Assembly: GCF_038025025.1 (NCBI RefSeq)
Contig: NW_027117347.1
Location: 744,001-808,000 of the forward strand
DNA from: Phyllosticta citribraziliensis
Taxonomy: Eukaryota
DNA length: 64,000 nt
Reading direction: 5' to 3'
Positions 1 to 12,121 of this stretch are shown piece by piece (the first letter of the stretch is position 1; every line of letters begins with the position of its first letter). Position numbers and translations under genes: made by a program. The notes beneath the pieces were generated by a model. It was not told the origin of the DNA and made no database searches. It saw only the letters and a program-made list of their open reading frames with translations.

Positions 1-115
1 GCGTCAACGCTTTTCCCAGACCCTCGATCTGAACTTCGATTCTTTGCCTCCCCAGGTCCTATCCTGCTGCCAAGTTTCCCCAGGATCCTCAATTCCGGAC
101 GGTGCAGCAAAAAGA

Positions 116-1564
116 ATGGCAGGCCGGACATTAACCTCGCCGGCCGTGGCCCGCGCGACATCTTTTGCCGCACACCGTCCGCGAACATCTCTTTGCTCAA
201 GATGTCTTCGCTCGCCCTCGACCAAGTCCTCTTCCTTTCCTTCCACATCTCTCTATTTTCACCCTTCGAGGCGGCGGGAACAGTCCAACTGGGCGGCAGC
301 CGTTTCGGCGGCGCAGAACTACTTCAACAATGGTCCAGATCCCGCGTCCCCCATTGCTGTTGACCCGTTGCGCAGCGTGGCGAAGGAGATGAAGTTCCTG
401 ACTGGCAATATACGTCAGCTTCTGGGCTCTGGGCACCCAATGCTTGATACTGTAGCCAAATACTACACCCAATCCGAAGGCAAATACGTGCGGCCCATGC
501 TCGTCCTGCTCATGTCGCGCGCCACCGCATTAACGCCCAAACCCGCTCGCGCCTCGCCTTCGCCGCCTATAAACAGCCCCATAGCGCCTTCGAATATCCT
601 GGTCGACGAGAACCCTTCTGCGCCGGAATACGCGCCCCTCACGTCGCAGCCACAAGAGAATGGAGGCGCTGAAGAATCCGACATCCTGCCTTCGCAACGG
701 CGACTGGCCGAAATCACGGAGCTCATCCACACTGCCTCGCTGCTCCACGACGATGTCATCGACCACTCGCTCGCCCGGCGATCCGCGCCGTCTGCAAACA
801 TCGAATTCGGAAACAAGATGGCGGTTCTGGCTGGAGATTTCCTGTTGGGAAGGGCATCGGTGGCGCTGGCGAGGCTGCGCGACCCGGCCGTGACGGAGCT
901 TTTGGCGACCGTCATTGCCAATCTGGTCGAGGGCGAGTTTATGCAGCTCAAGAATACGGCCAAGGACGAGAAGCACCCCGTGTGGACCGAGGACACGGTC
1001 ACCTATTATCTGCAAAAGACGTACCTCAAGTCGGCGAGCTTGATCAGCAAGTCGTGCCGCGCGGCCGCAATCCTGGGCGGCAGCACTCCAGAAGTGGTGG
1101 AAGCTTCGTACCAGTACGGCAAGAACCTGGGCCTGGCGTTCCAGTTGGTCGACGACATGCTGGACTACACGGTGTCGGCCGATGAGCTCGGAAAGCCCGC
1201 CGGCGCGGACCTAGAGCTGGGCCTGGCGACGGCGCCGCTGCTGTTTGCGTGGAAGGACAATGCTGCGCTAGGCAAGCTGGTTGGGAGGAAGTTTGCAGAG
1301 CCAGGAGATGTTTTGAAGGTCAGTCCAGCCTTTTTGTTGTTTGGACGGGACCCTGGAATCCTTTGACCCCTTTCCCCCGCATTTGGCTAATTTTCGTCAT
1401 AGGCTCGAGAGCTCGTTGGCCGCAGTACTGGGCTCGAGCAGACGCGCGCCCTGGCGCAGCAATACGTCGACAGCGCCATCGAAGCCATTAGCTTCTTCCC
1501 CGCGAGCGAGGCCAAGGACGGCCTTGTCGAAATGTGCACCAAGGTCATGAAGCGCAGGAAGTAG
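116..1564 (+). CDS. COQ1: Hexaprenyl/polyprenyl diphosphate synthase (ubiquinone side chain), mitochondrial; 2 exons
   Basis: GKYVRP motif, first aspartate-rich motif LLHDDVID, GNKMAVLAGDFLL, second motif FQLVDDMLD and an Arg/Ser-rich presequence. Intron 1319-1402 (GTCAGT...GCTAAT...TAG); exon 2 ends TKVMKRRK-TAG. Confidence 0.93.
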
Positions 1565-2003
1565 AGACTCGGGTCCGCTGCTCCGCTCTTGTTGCTGTTA
1601 CTGTTGCTGTTGATGACGATGACACACATCTAGCTGTTGTTCATTTCAACTCTCATCATCAAAAATTTCCGAACCTCCCGTTTGATACCTCTTGTACAAT
1701 AGCACGTCATAGAGTGGGCATACACACTGCCGGGCATCATCATCATCATCACATTACTCTGTCCATCTTCTCTCTCTCATCCATCATTATGGCTTTTAGG
1801 GCTCGTTGGAGATGTCCATCTTTTCGTTTTTTTCTCGTCTGCAGCCGGAGCCGGAGTGTATACAAAAAAAGAATTTCCTCCTCTTTATGAGACGCCGCTA
1901 CTCCACACTGTCTAGCGAAATAAAAAAAAAATCAGCGTATTCGGAGACTATCATGTGTACAGATCCCTCTCGCCGTCTCCCTCTCTTCCTTCTTGCTTCC
2001 TAC

Positions 2004-4199
2004 TCACTCCTCCCCCAGACCCCCTTTCCCCTCGTTTGCCCCCTGCCGAGGCACAAGCACCCGCATCACCCACTCATACACGGCCCACTGCACAGCATTG
2101 ACCACGAAAGCGCGCACACTGCACACGCCCAAGCCGCGGAAAAACACGGCCGCGCCCTCGTTCGCGTACGCCGATTTAGCGATCGCCCAGGCGCCTCGTG
2201 GCTGCGTGTGCGTTTGCGGGACTGACGCGTGGGCGTGAGGAGCTGGATGAGTTGAGGAAGAAGGAGGGGGTGGAGACGTGGCGGTGGCGGCGGAGGAGTG
2301 CAGGAGTCGCGAGCGTTCGCTGGGGTTACTGGTTGCTGCGGTGGCAGGCGAGGAGCGATTGCAAGCGACGCCTGGTGGTGGAAGCCCCGTTGCCAGGCTG
2401 TCTGCGGCGACGGCGCGGTGCAGTGCTGGTTGTGTCTGGACGCGGGTTTTGATGACGTCTGTTTCGGCGTTGAATCAGTCAGTCATCCTTCGGTTCAGCG
2501 GGACCTAGTAAACCCCTTTAAGGCCCGGGGACGGAAAGGAAAAGGGACAACGGGATTGTTGAGAGTAGGCAGGTAAGTAGATGGGAATTGCTGACCTAGC
2601 GGGAAGATAGACGCCCATGTGACGACGCCGGCGAGACCACCGCACAGCAGCACTGTTGCGGGCGAGTCTTCGACGGTGGGCGTTGATGAGGAGGCGGACG
2701 AGGAGGAGGAAGACGAGGCAAAAGTTCGTTTGCAGAGCTCGTAGGACCAGAAGCTAGGAGAGGGAAAGGGTGTCTGTTAGCATTGAGTTTGTGGGTTGCT
2801 TGTGAGACAGTTTGGTCGACAGTGGTGAGTGGATGATTGGAGATGTTGAGGTCAGACGCTCCATGTTGTTGAAGCTGGCTGGCCTTCAAAAGGCCAGTGT
2901 CGTTGGATATGGTGAATTGAGCCTATCCTCGCGATGCAACTACACTAGAAGCGCGTGACTTGGTGGAAGTTTGCGATAGTAATGGAGTGGAACGACTTTC
3001 TTCAGACGCGCTTGACGCTCAGTGCAAGCTTTGTGGTTTCCACTCTCATCCCAAGGTACTAACGAGGACAATGCTCGAAAATGTAAAATTCAACCGTCAA
3101 GTGCCACAGTGTCTGCAAGACAAAGACTACCGCCGTTGGACGAAGCATCAAGATAGACCGCTTCAAGTGCACTTAGATCCGATAGCTCTCATAAAAGATA
3201 GATGCAACAATCGACGGCAATCACACACCCATGAAAAAAGGGAAAAGTACTCACTAAAAAGCATAACCAACAGCATCTCTAACAGCCGTAACAACACCAC
3301 CGCGATAAAACCCCCTCAAGCCCTCAGCCCGCCACGTCTCTCTCGCCACAGCCCACGAGCTGACACCACCACCACCGCCGCCAGCACCACCACCGGCGGC
3401 AGCAATGCCAGACAAGGGATCGTACACCTGCGCGCGACACTTGACAAGCTCCGTCGGCGCCGAGACGACAAAGGTAGCAACGCCGCCGACGGCGCCGGCG
3501 AGGAAGACTTTGCCGAGGGCGTTGGGCGATGATTGCGAGGTGGGGTCGGGTTCGCCCAGGAGCAGGAGCGTGCGGTTGTAAGAGACGAAGAGGAGCGCGT
3601 TGAGGGCGCCGTAGCCGAGGACGGGGGCGGGGATGCCTGGGAAGAAGGTGAGTATTTGGGTTGGTCTGGGAGCGCTAGATTTGGGAGTTGAATCAGAGTA
3701 GTGATGTGGTAGCGATGTGGGGATAGTGGGAGGGCGTGGTGAGCTTTGAAAGATGTTGTCCAAGTTAAAGATTTAGTAAACAGTTGCTGGAAGAGTACAA
3801 GAAAAGGCATCTAGAGCAAGGGGGAGATAGAAAACAAGCGTTTGAAGTCTAGGAAACCACACGCTGCCGGCCTATAGTCTTTGGCGTCTATGTGGCTGAC
3901 GCAGGTACTTGCCTGTACAACAACCGCAGAAACAGAAATGGTTCCAATCCTCTTCAGGAGACTTCCCCATATTCAGACAGTAATTCAAAAAGCAGCAATC
4001 AAAGAAATTTAAGGAAGCTCCAATTACCTCTAACAAAATTGCTAGCAGAATGCCAATTAGCAAACGAGGGCGTTGTGCCGGCGGCGGTGGTCGGTGCTGC
4101 AGGGCCAGCTTGCAGCCGAGTCTTGACCAGGTCGAGCGGATTTCCAATGAGAATACCTGCAGCTCCGCTAAGGTAGCCGGCCCAGAAGTCTGCAGACAT
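2004..4199 (-). CDS. Mitochondrial carrier family protein (carnitine/ornithine/basic amino acid carrier-like); 4 exons
   Basis: Three Px[DE]xx[KR] signatures: PLDLVKTRLQ, PTELVKCRAQ, PLDVIKTRVQ. Exons 4199-4028, 3636-3255, 2753-2596 and 2458-2004 join in frame at GT/AG sites. Confidence 0.9.
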
Positions 4200-4899
4200 T
4201 GGAATAACGACGGCGCGACGAGGTCGTTTGTTGATGGTATGTGATGAGGTCTATGGCTAGCTCCACGCCCGCCCGTTCACCCCACGTGGGGTAGGTAGGT
4301 TAAGCCCGGTTGCCGGTTCCGGTTGGCCGATGCCGACCGAGGCAGCCCTGAACCATGTGGGCTCGAAACGAAACCACGCCTCGCCGTTATTCAAAACAGA
4401 GCCTCGACTCGTGGCAGCATTTTTAAGTCACTTTTCTATCGTGTCTTTACAAGAAAAGAAGCCGCTTTTGGATTCAAGATTATGACTACCTCGTCAGAGG
4501 AAAAGGGAGAAGATGTGATGAGGGGATCTGCAATCTGAGTGTGTATGTGTGAAGAGTGACAGCTACATGATGCCTCAACCGCCTACTGTCCTTTTATTGT
4601 GACGTCGGAGAGCGAGAGAAGGAGCTCAAGGAAAAGAGAAGAGGGGGGAAAGAAAACCCAATGGGCTCCTCAACCTGCGGGTCAAGGCCCTGATCCATCG
4701 CCGAAATGCCTTTTGTGTTGTCTCGTCGACCGCCGTGAAAATCAACAAACACTTTGATTCCCCAAACCCAAAGTTGGAAGGCTCTGAAAAAGAGACCCGT
4801 GACTGCAAGCCATTCCGCAAATAATGGCTGAATCATGCACTCCTCCGCTATGAGTGAAAGACAAAACGATCTGAAGACGATGAAAGGCTGCTGGCGGCC

Positions 4900-6842
4900 T
4901 TACATGATCTGGTCCTGGGTGAGACCGGTGGCTTCGGAGTCCATGGCATCGCTGGGGCCGCTGAGGTTGCTGTACTTGACAAAGGACAGGCCAAGCGGGC
5001 GGCCGCCGTACTGGTACCCAGTAAATTTGGCTAATGAAGAGGGTTAGACAAGCGACTGCTTTGCGGGCCTGCGAGTGACTTACAAATGGCGGTCTCGGCG
5101 TTGTCGGGCGAGTCAAACTCAACGACACCGGTACCACGCGAGCGACCGTTGGGCTCGTACTGAATTTCGGCGCGCTCGACCTTTCCAATGGTAGTAAAGA
5201 GTTCTACGAGATCCTCGTTGCTCGTAGACCAAGGAAGCTGGCTGTTGTTAGCATGCAATGCTGAAGCGGCCTCGAGCAGCACTCACGTTGCGGACGTAAA
5301 TGACGTTGCTCCTCTCACCACCGGCAGTGGCATAGTCGGTGAAGGGGTTGGGCGGACCGGCGGGAACGCTCGCGTCATAACCCATGCCACCAGGAGGAGC
5401 AGCACCAGCACCGAACCCGCCGCCGAAGCCTCCACGACCGCCGCCGTATCCACCGAACCCGCCCCGGCCTGGAAACCCTCCGCGACCGCCGAATCCTCCA
5501 CGGCCAAAGCCGCCACCGAATCCACCCCGACCAAAGCCAGGCGGGCCAGCAAAGCGGTCCTCCTTGACTTCAAGGGCGCGGCCTTGCCAATCGTATCCGT
5601 TAAACTGCTGGATGGCGTTGCGAGCATCATCGGGAGTCTCGAAGACAACGATGCCAGAGCCCTTCATGCGGCCATCGGCAGTCTGGTGGACGTCGGCGCG
5701 GATTACGGAACCGGTGTGGGCTGAAGATGGATGAGCAAAATGAATCGACTGTACAAAACGTGGGCCTTGCTCACCAGCTTGGCGGAACAAATCCTTGAGA
5801 TCCTGCCAGCCAACGTTGTAGGGGAGCTAATGGCATTGAGTCAACAAATCGAGCCCTTATCAAGTTAGCAAAACGCGTGGGGTGGGGGCAACATACGTTG
5901 GAGACGTAGAGCTGGCGTCCACCGCCTCCAAAACCGCCAGGAGCGCCACCACCGCCATACGCGCCATCGAATCCACCGCGGCCCATGCCGCCGAAGCCTC
6001 CGCGGCCGACGGAGGGAGGAGCAGTGAAGCGCGGCTCGGCCTCGCGATCCTTTTGCAGGCGCTTCGTATCAGTGACTGTGCCGCATTCGGGGGGAAGTAG
6101 ACTCACTTCACGGACGTAGACGAGACGTCCCATCAGGTTTTGGTTCGAAAGGGTTTGGACGGCATTTTGTGCCTGTTCCCTGGTGGCATACTCCACGATC
6201 CTGGTTCGGGTTAGGTTTGAGCAGTGTTGAGGGGGGGCCCGGTTGACTTACCCGCATCCCTACATGAACCCTCGGGCACCAGTCCCATCCGTCAATCCAA
6301 TTGTCCACAAAATACCAAGAGAAACCAAAGAGACCAGCCAAATCAGCCCACCTTCGACATTCCATTGGGAAGTAGCAACACATCGGCAAACAAGACCTCT
6401 CCGGCTGGTTGGGGGCGAGGCGGTTAGCGTGGGGTGGGCAATGTTTGGGGAGGGGGTGTTGGGGCTTACCCTGTCGCATGAAATCTTTGAGATGATGCCA
6501 TTTGACATCATAGGAAAGGTTGCCCACGTAGACGCGGCGGTCCTGCTGGGACTGCTCGCGCAATGAGGCCATCATTTGTTCCTTGGCGACGGCCTTGTCG
6601 TCGAAGGAGCGAGAAGAGGGCGCAGCACCGCGAGCCTGAGAGTAGGAACCCTGCTGAGACTGAGCGCCGGCAATGGGCGAGCGCGAGCGACGGTCGCTAC
6701 GGCGGTAGTCGTCGCGGCTACGAGAGCGGCTGCGCGGCGAGTATGAGCGACGGCTGCGACGAGGGCTTCGCGATCGACGACGCGGCGAGCGAGATTGATC
6801 GCGCTGGGTGGTGTATGCGGTGTCAGTAGTGGTAGTGTCCAT
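4900..6842 (-). CDS. GBP2: SR-like three-RRM mRNA-binding protein, Gbp2/Hrb1 family; multi-exon
   Basis: N-terminal RS repeats. RRM1 [21 protein letters not shown]...SKGCGIVEY, RRM2 [20 protein letters not shown]...[11 protein letters not shown]3 IYVRNLPW...[14 protein letters not shown] linkers; ends [11 protein letters not shown]. Confidence 0.88.
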
Positions 6843-8673
6843 GGCGGACGGAGCTCGGCGGACGGGGCTTTATAGGGCGTCGGGGAGAGCTCGCTTGTGG
6901 AGAATGGGAGAGGTGGTGTGGGATATGAGTGGAAGTGCTGAGTGATGGGCTTGGGAGCTGACGGGACATGGACGGGAGTGGGAAAGGAAGCTGCAGGTTC
7001 AACCAGGCCCGTCGGCCAAGTCCCGCAGCTCTGCCGCCCGGCGCGCCATGGGCGACGACACACCCCCCCAACCACGAGGGATGAGCGCTCTGCGGCTCTG
7101 CGACGGGCACCTTGGTGGACGGCATGGGACCGACGGGGCCATTGATTGACTGATTGACTGAGGTGGTGGGGACCGACCTTGGATGATGCTGCGGCAGAGT
7201 GGACGCAACGAAGAGAGAACAACGGCACAAGAAACCAACAACAACGACGACGACGACGGAGAGGAAGAGGAGGACGACTCCAGTCGCGGGGCCTCGCGGG
7301 TCTATAGGCGCAGCAGCACAAAAGAAAGTGAACCCAACCGTCAAACCAATGCAGCTCCAAGGTGGGACAGGGATAATCAATAGAGGCTTTGCCAGTCGGA
7401 AGCGGAAGCGCATGCTCTGGAGACCATCACAGCAAAACGACCCGGCCGACCGGGCACGGCTTGGACACCTTGAGGGTCACCATGTCATGGGCAGTACCTC
7501 AGGCCCATACTTTGGCTTCTGTTGCCAGCTTCACTTCCTTCTGGCCTGTCCGGGTCTCAGTCTCAGCGCCGCCAGCCCACGCTACACCCAATCGATACAA
7601 CCCAATACTCGTCCCCTCGCACAATGCACTGCACTCTGCCTCCCGTCGCTCAATGCCGTTGATAAGCTGCCCTGCCGCCGGCCTTTCTTCAACTGCATGT
7701 AGCTACCTACATACCTTACCTGCTCGTGTCAGCGCTGCACCTCGAGCTCCACACCCGCCGCTTGGCTGTCGTCCCGGATCCCCGCACATCTGTCGATGAC
7801 CGACTGCCTACACAGCCTGCCTCGACATCGACCTCTTACGCGAATCACATGCCTCTCGACTTCCTCCAGCTTCAACTCTCTGGATCCTGCCGCTCCGTGC
7901 AGCATCGACAACCTGCAAACGCGGGGTTGCCCGCTGCATCCCGCTCGACCTTTGGACCCTGTCCGGCTTGTGCATCACCGCCGACTCGACCTCAGTCTTT
8001 GAAACAGCCTTGTCCTTGCACAACTCCCATCCGAAAGCTTACAGTACAGCAATTCATCCAGGAACCGTGAATTCGACCCGACTGGCTGCGCCAAGCGCTC
8101 GCACAAAGCCTACGCCCGACGCGACACGAAACATGCAACAGGTCGGAACTCGAGGACTCGAGGCTCCTCTGTTTACATCACTGCTGCTGCCCGCGCTCCC
8201 ATCCTCACGTCTGCGTCATATTGGCAAATGGCTTTCAGGGAGCACGCCACACGCGACGCCCTCATACAAACGCAAGCCCTGCGGCCAAAACTCGGTCCAA
8301 CATGGTCCATGTCGAGAGCGAAAGTCGGACAGCATGAGATGCCAAAGATGAAACAAACTTACCAGGCACCACCAACTTGGCAACGTCTGACAGCGGAAGC
8401 TAAGCGGGAGGTCCCGCCGTTTTCTTCTGGCTTCCTTGACCATTTTTAATTTGGGCTCCCAGTAAGCCGGCTACTGCGATCCTTCGCCTCGTCTCGGAGA
8501 TATCTTGGACTTTGTCCCATGTGGCCTCCCAGTCTCGCCTTCTCGTCCCTTTCCAATGCCTGTCTTAAGATATGACAATTCCTTCTTCGCCCCTTCTCAT
8601 GCAAAAAGTGATGCTATCCCGAGAGTTGCCCGTTGTTATCTCTGAAGAGTCCGAAAATCGTATCATCATGGCC

Positions 8674-8683
8674 ATATATAAAA
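8674..8683 (+). promoter_or_regulatory. TATA box of the MFS transporter gene
   Basis: ATATATAAAA about 80 nt upstream of the ATG at 8758. Confidence 0.55.
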
Positions 8684-8757
8684 GCGTCCCTGACTCCCAC
8701 CAAACCTCCATTTGCTTCACACACACGTCGTTCGAGAACACATGATCCACGGCAGCC

Positions 8758-10679
8758 ATGGCAGCAGAACACATTCACCAGCCGATTCCCATGGCAGACA
8801 ACAATTCCGAATCCACAAACGTGGATACCAACTCGGACTCGACCCACGTGGCAGCCCCGTCTGCTCAAGACTTTGCTGAAACTGGATTCCGACCGATGCA
8901 GAGCAATCAACAAGAGAGACGCATCAGTGGAGAAGAGCTCCTCAATCTCCCACACCGGACGCTGAGCGCCAATGCCGATTTGGCAGAATACACCTCGGAG
9001 ACGGCACAGGGGCAGATACTCAAGGAAGTCAAGTCTCATCACACGGGAAAGACTGAAAGATATGAGCTCGTCACTTGGAAGATTGACGACCCGGAGAACC
9101 CTAAGAACTGGTCCAAGGCCTACAAGTGGTGGTGCACAATGTGTGTGGCCTTCACCTGTTTCGTGGTCGCCTTCAACAGCGGTGTCATCACAGCCGATAT
9201 CGAAGGGCCGGCTAAGGAGTTTGGCGTTTCCAGAGAAGTGGGCTTCCTGGCAATCACTCTCTTTGTCGTAGGATTCGGTGTCGGTATGTCAACCACATAC
9301 TTGGTCTTTGGGAGCATGACACTAACTAATCGCTCACAGGTCCCATGGTGTTCGCTCCCCTCAGTGAAATCATCGGTAGAAGGCCAATCTACGCATCAAC
9401 CCTCTTGATTGCCGTCATCTTCACCATTCCCGACGCTGTCGCCAAAAACACTGCAACGCTTCTGGTGTGTCGCGCCATTGACGGCATTGCTTTCAGTGCA
9501 CCCATGACACTTGTCGGCGGCACGCTCGCAGACTTGTGGAAGAACGAAGAGCGCGGTGTCCCCATGGCCGCTTTCAGTGCAGCACCGTAAGTTCAGCCCC
9601 CCCATTTACGTGCCCGTTTTGCAAGCTGCGTAGCTAACCAGGCTCCAGATTCGTCGGTCCCGCGGTTGGTCCTCTTTGCGGAGGTTTCATTGCGGACAAC
9701 TTGGGCTGGCGATGGCTCTATTGGATCCAGCTTATCCTCTCCGGCGTCTCTTGGGTTCTCATCACCTTCACTGTCCCGGAAACCTACACACCATCCTTGT
9801 TGGCAAAGCGTGCAGAGAAGCTCAGGAAAGAGACTGGCGATGACAAGTACGTCACTGAAGAAGACTTGGACAAGCGGCCCTTTAGCGAGCGTCTCACCGT
9901 CTTCTTGCTCCGTCCATTCCAGCTGCTATTCTGTGAGGCCATTGTCTTCTTCATCTCCCTCTACATGTCTGTCCTGTAAGTTGCCTTTCTCCCTTGTGTG
10001 ATTACACAAACTAACCACAAGTAGCTACGGACTTCTTTACATGTTCTTCGTCGCATACCCAATCGTTTATCAAGAGGGCAAAGGCTACAGCGCATCCATC
10101 ACCGGCCTCATGTTCATTCCTCTCGCTCTCGGCGTCATAGCAAGCGCTTGCTGCGCTCCGTTCGTCAACAACCACTACGTCAAGCTCGTGCAGAAATACA
10201 ACGGCAAGCCACCGGCAGAAGTTCGTCTCTATCCCATGATGATCTCGTGTTGGTTCATCCCCATCGGTCTCTTCATCTTTGCCTGGACGTCGTACCCGCG
10301 CCTGCACTGGATCGGCCCGGCCATTGGCGGCTTTCCTGTTGGCTTCGGCTTCATCTTCCTGTACAATGCGGCAAACAACTACCTGGTCGACTCGTACGTG
10401 GACCAGGCGGCATCGGCACTTGCGGCAAAGACCTTCATCCGCTCCTTCTGGGGTGCAGGAGTCGTGCTCTTCACAGAGCAAATGTACCACCGCCTTGGCT
10501 ACGAGTGGGCGAGCTCGCTACTCGGCTTCATTGGTCTAGGCTGCTGTCTCATCCCCTACGTCTTCTTCTTCAAGGGCGCGGCCATTCGCAAACATTCCAA
10601 GTACGCGTACGGCGGCGACGACGCCGAAAACCAAAACGAGAAGGGCCAGGCCAAAGAAGTTGCCGGTGATGCAGAGTGA
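8758..10679 (+). CDS. MFS drug:H+ antiporter (DHA1), Tpo2/Tpo3-like polyamine/multidrug transporter; 4 exons
   Basis: [50 protein letters not shown] and YLVDSY..AASALAA motifs. Introns about 9284-9339, 9587-9648 and 9976-10024. Confidence 0.9.
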
Positions 10680-12121
10680 TGTCACCGAGCTGTCTCTCTG
10701 ATACCATGGCCCAAGGAAAGGCCCAGCAGGGCCGATCCGACTTTTTTTGGCTTCGAGTAAGCTTAGGGCCGAAGCGCCCCCATCATCGGACACGACTCGC
10801 TTGCTGTCCATGCATCGCAACATCACCAGTTCACCACTTTCTTATCTTTTCGTGCTTGATTTTTTGTTTTAGATATCCACGGTTGGTTGCTGCATAGAGT
10901 AAAGATTTAGATGGACCTTGATGGTTCGCGACGAGAAGAGGATTGGGGCATTGGCATTGTGGCGGCGTTTGTGCATTCGAAGGAAGGGAAAAGAACAGCC
11001 ACGGTAGACATGGCGTTAGATGATTGCATAACGAGCAGACGGGCTGGTAATGGAAATGGCGATGTACATGACGTACAGACGCTTAGAGTCATGGTATAGA
11101 AGACTTGTAATAACAAAAGAGGCAATGTTTCATCAGGTGCACATTCCTAAAGCAGTGAAGAGGGCGGCCCCTGATTACTACTCCAGATTTGGTCAGCGTC
11201 AAGAGGGCGAAAATGGCGCTTTGCTAACTCCTAACTCCCTTGTCGTGACCGTGCCGACTTTTCGAGGTCTGGGTCGATGCAACCGAGAGAGCGATTTGGC
11301 CTGACGGCGGGGAGACATCCGGGCGCTCCGCGCATAGATGCGGTACAAACCTAGCTGGAGGAACTTCAATCGAGTCTTCATCATGACGTCCCTCGGGAGC
11401 ATAGGGCTGAAGTGGCTGGTGGAACATGCTCCGGGCACGACGCCATTGCCGTCTTCTGGACGTGGACAGCAGCCTCAATGGCTCGCGCAGGCCGGCGTGG
11501 TGAGACCGTCTGGCGTCGTTTCGAAAATTTCTCGCCCTGAATTTTTCTTCGTGGGCGGCGGGGACGCTATACCTCTAGAGACAAGCAGGACCGTGATGAC
11601 TCGCTGGCATGGCGATGCTGTGGGTTGCCGACGAGCTTGCAAGCCGGGGGCAGATCGCGTCAGTGACCGGGAACAGACACCGCAGCACGGCAACGGCAAC
11701 GGCAACGGCAACGGCATCAGATCAGTTCACCAGGCGCGCGCGCGTCGGCGTTGGGCTTTGCGCGAGGGACTGACTGGGTGCGCGATAATGGCCAAAAGAG
11801 CAGGGGACGGGGACGGGACGGGGAGCAGCGATGGCGCACGATCCACTCCCACCTGCGCTGTGCTGCGCTGCAACGGCACGCCCTGATCCGCCAGCTACCT
11901 GACGCTACCAACGCTTTGCGTGCCGAGACGCCGGTCATCTTTCTTTACTACCGCACTCTACACTACCTCCAAACCTCTCGCCTGCCCCTCCTCCTCTCCA
12001 TCCAGTCCCATCGTATCCGTCCTGCAACCCTGACCCTCGGCCTCACCCTCACCCTCACCCTCGTCCAATCCATCCCAGCAAGCATGCTCTTCGCCCGCCG
12101 CCGCTGAATCAATCACATCAA

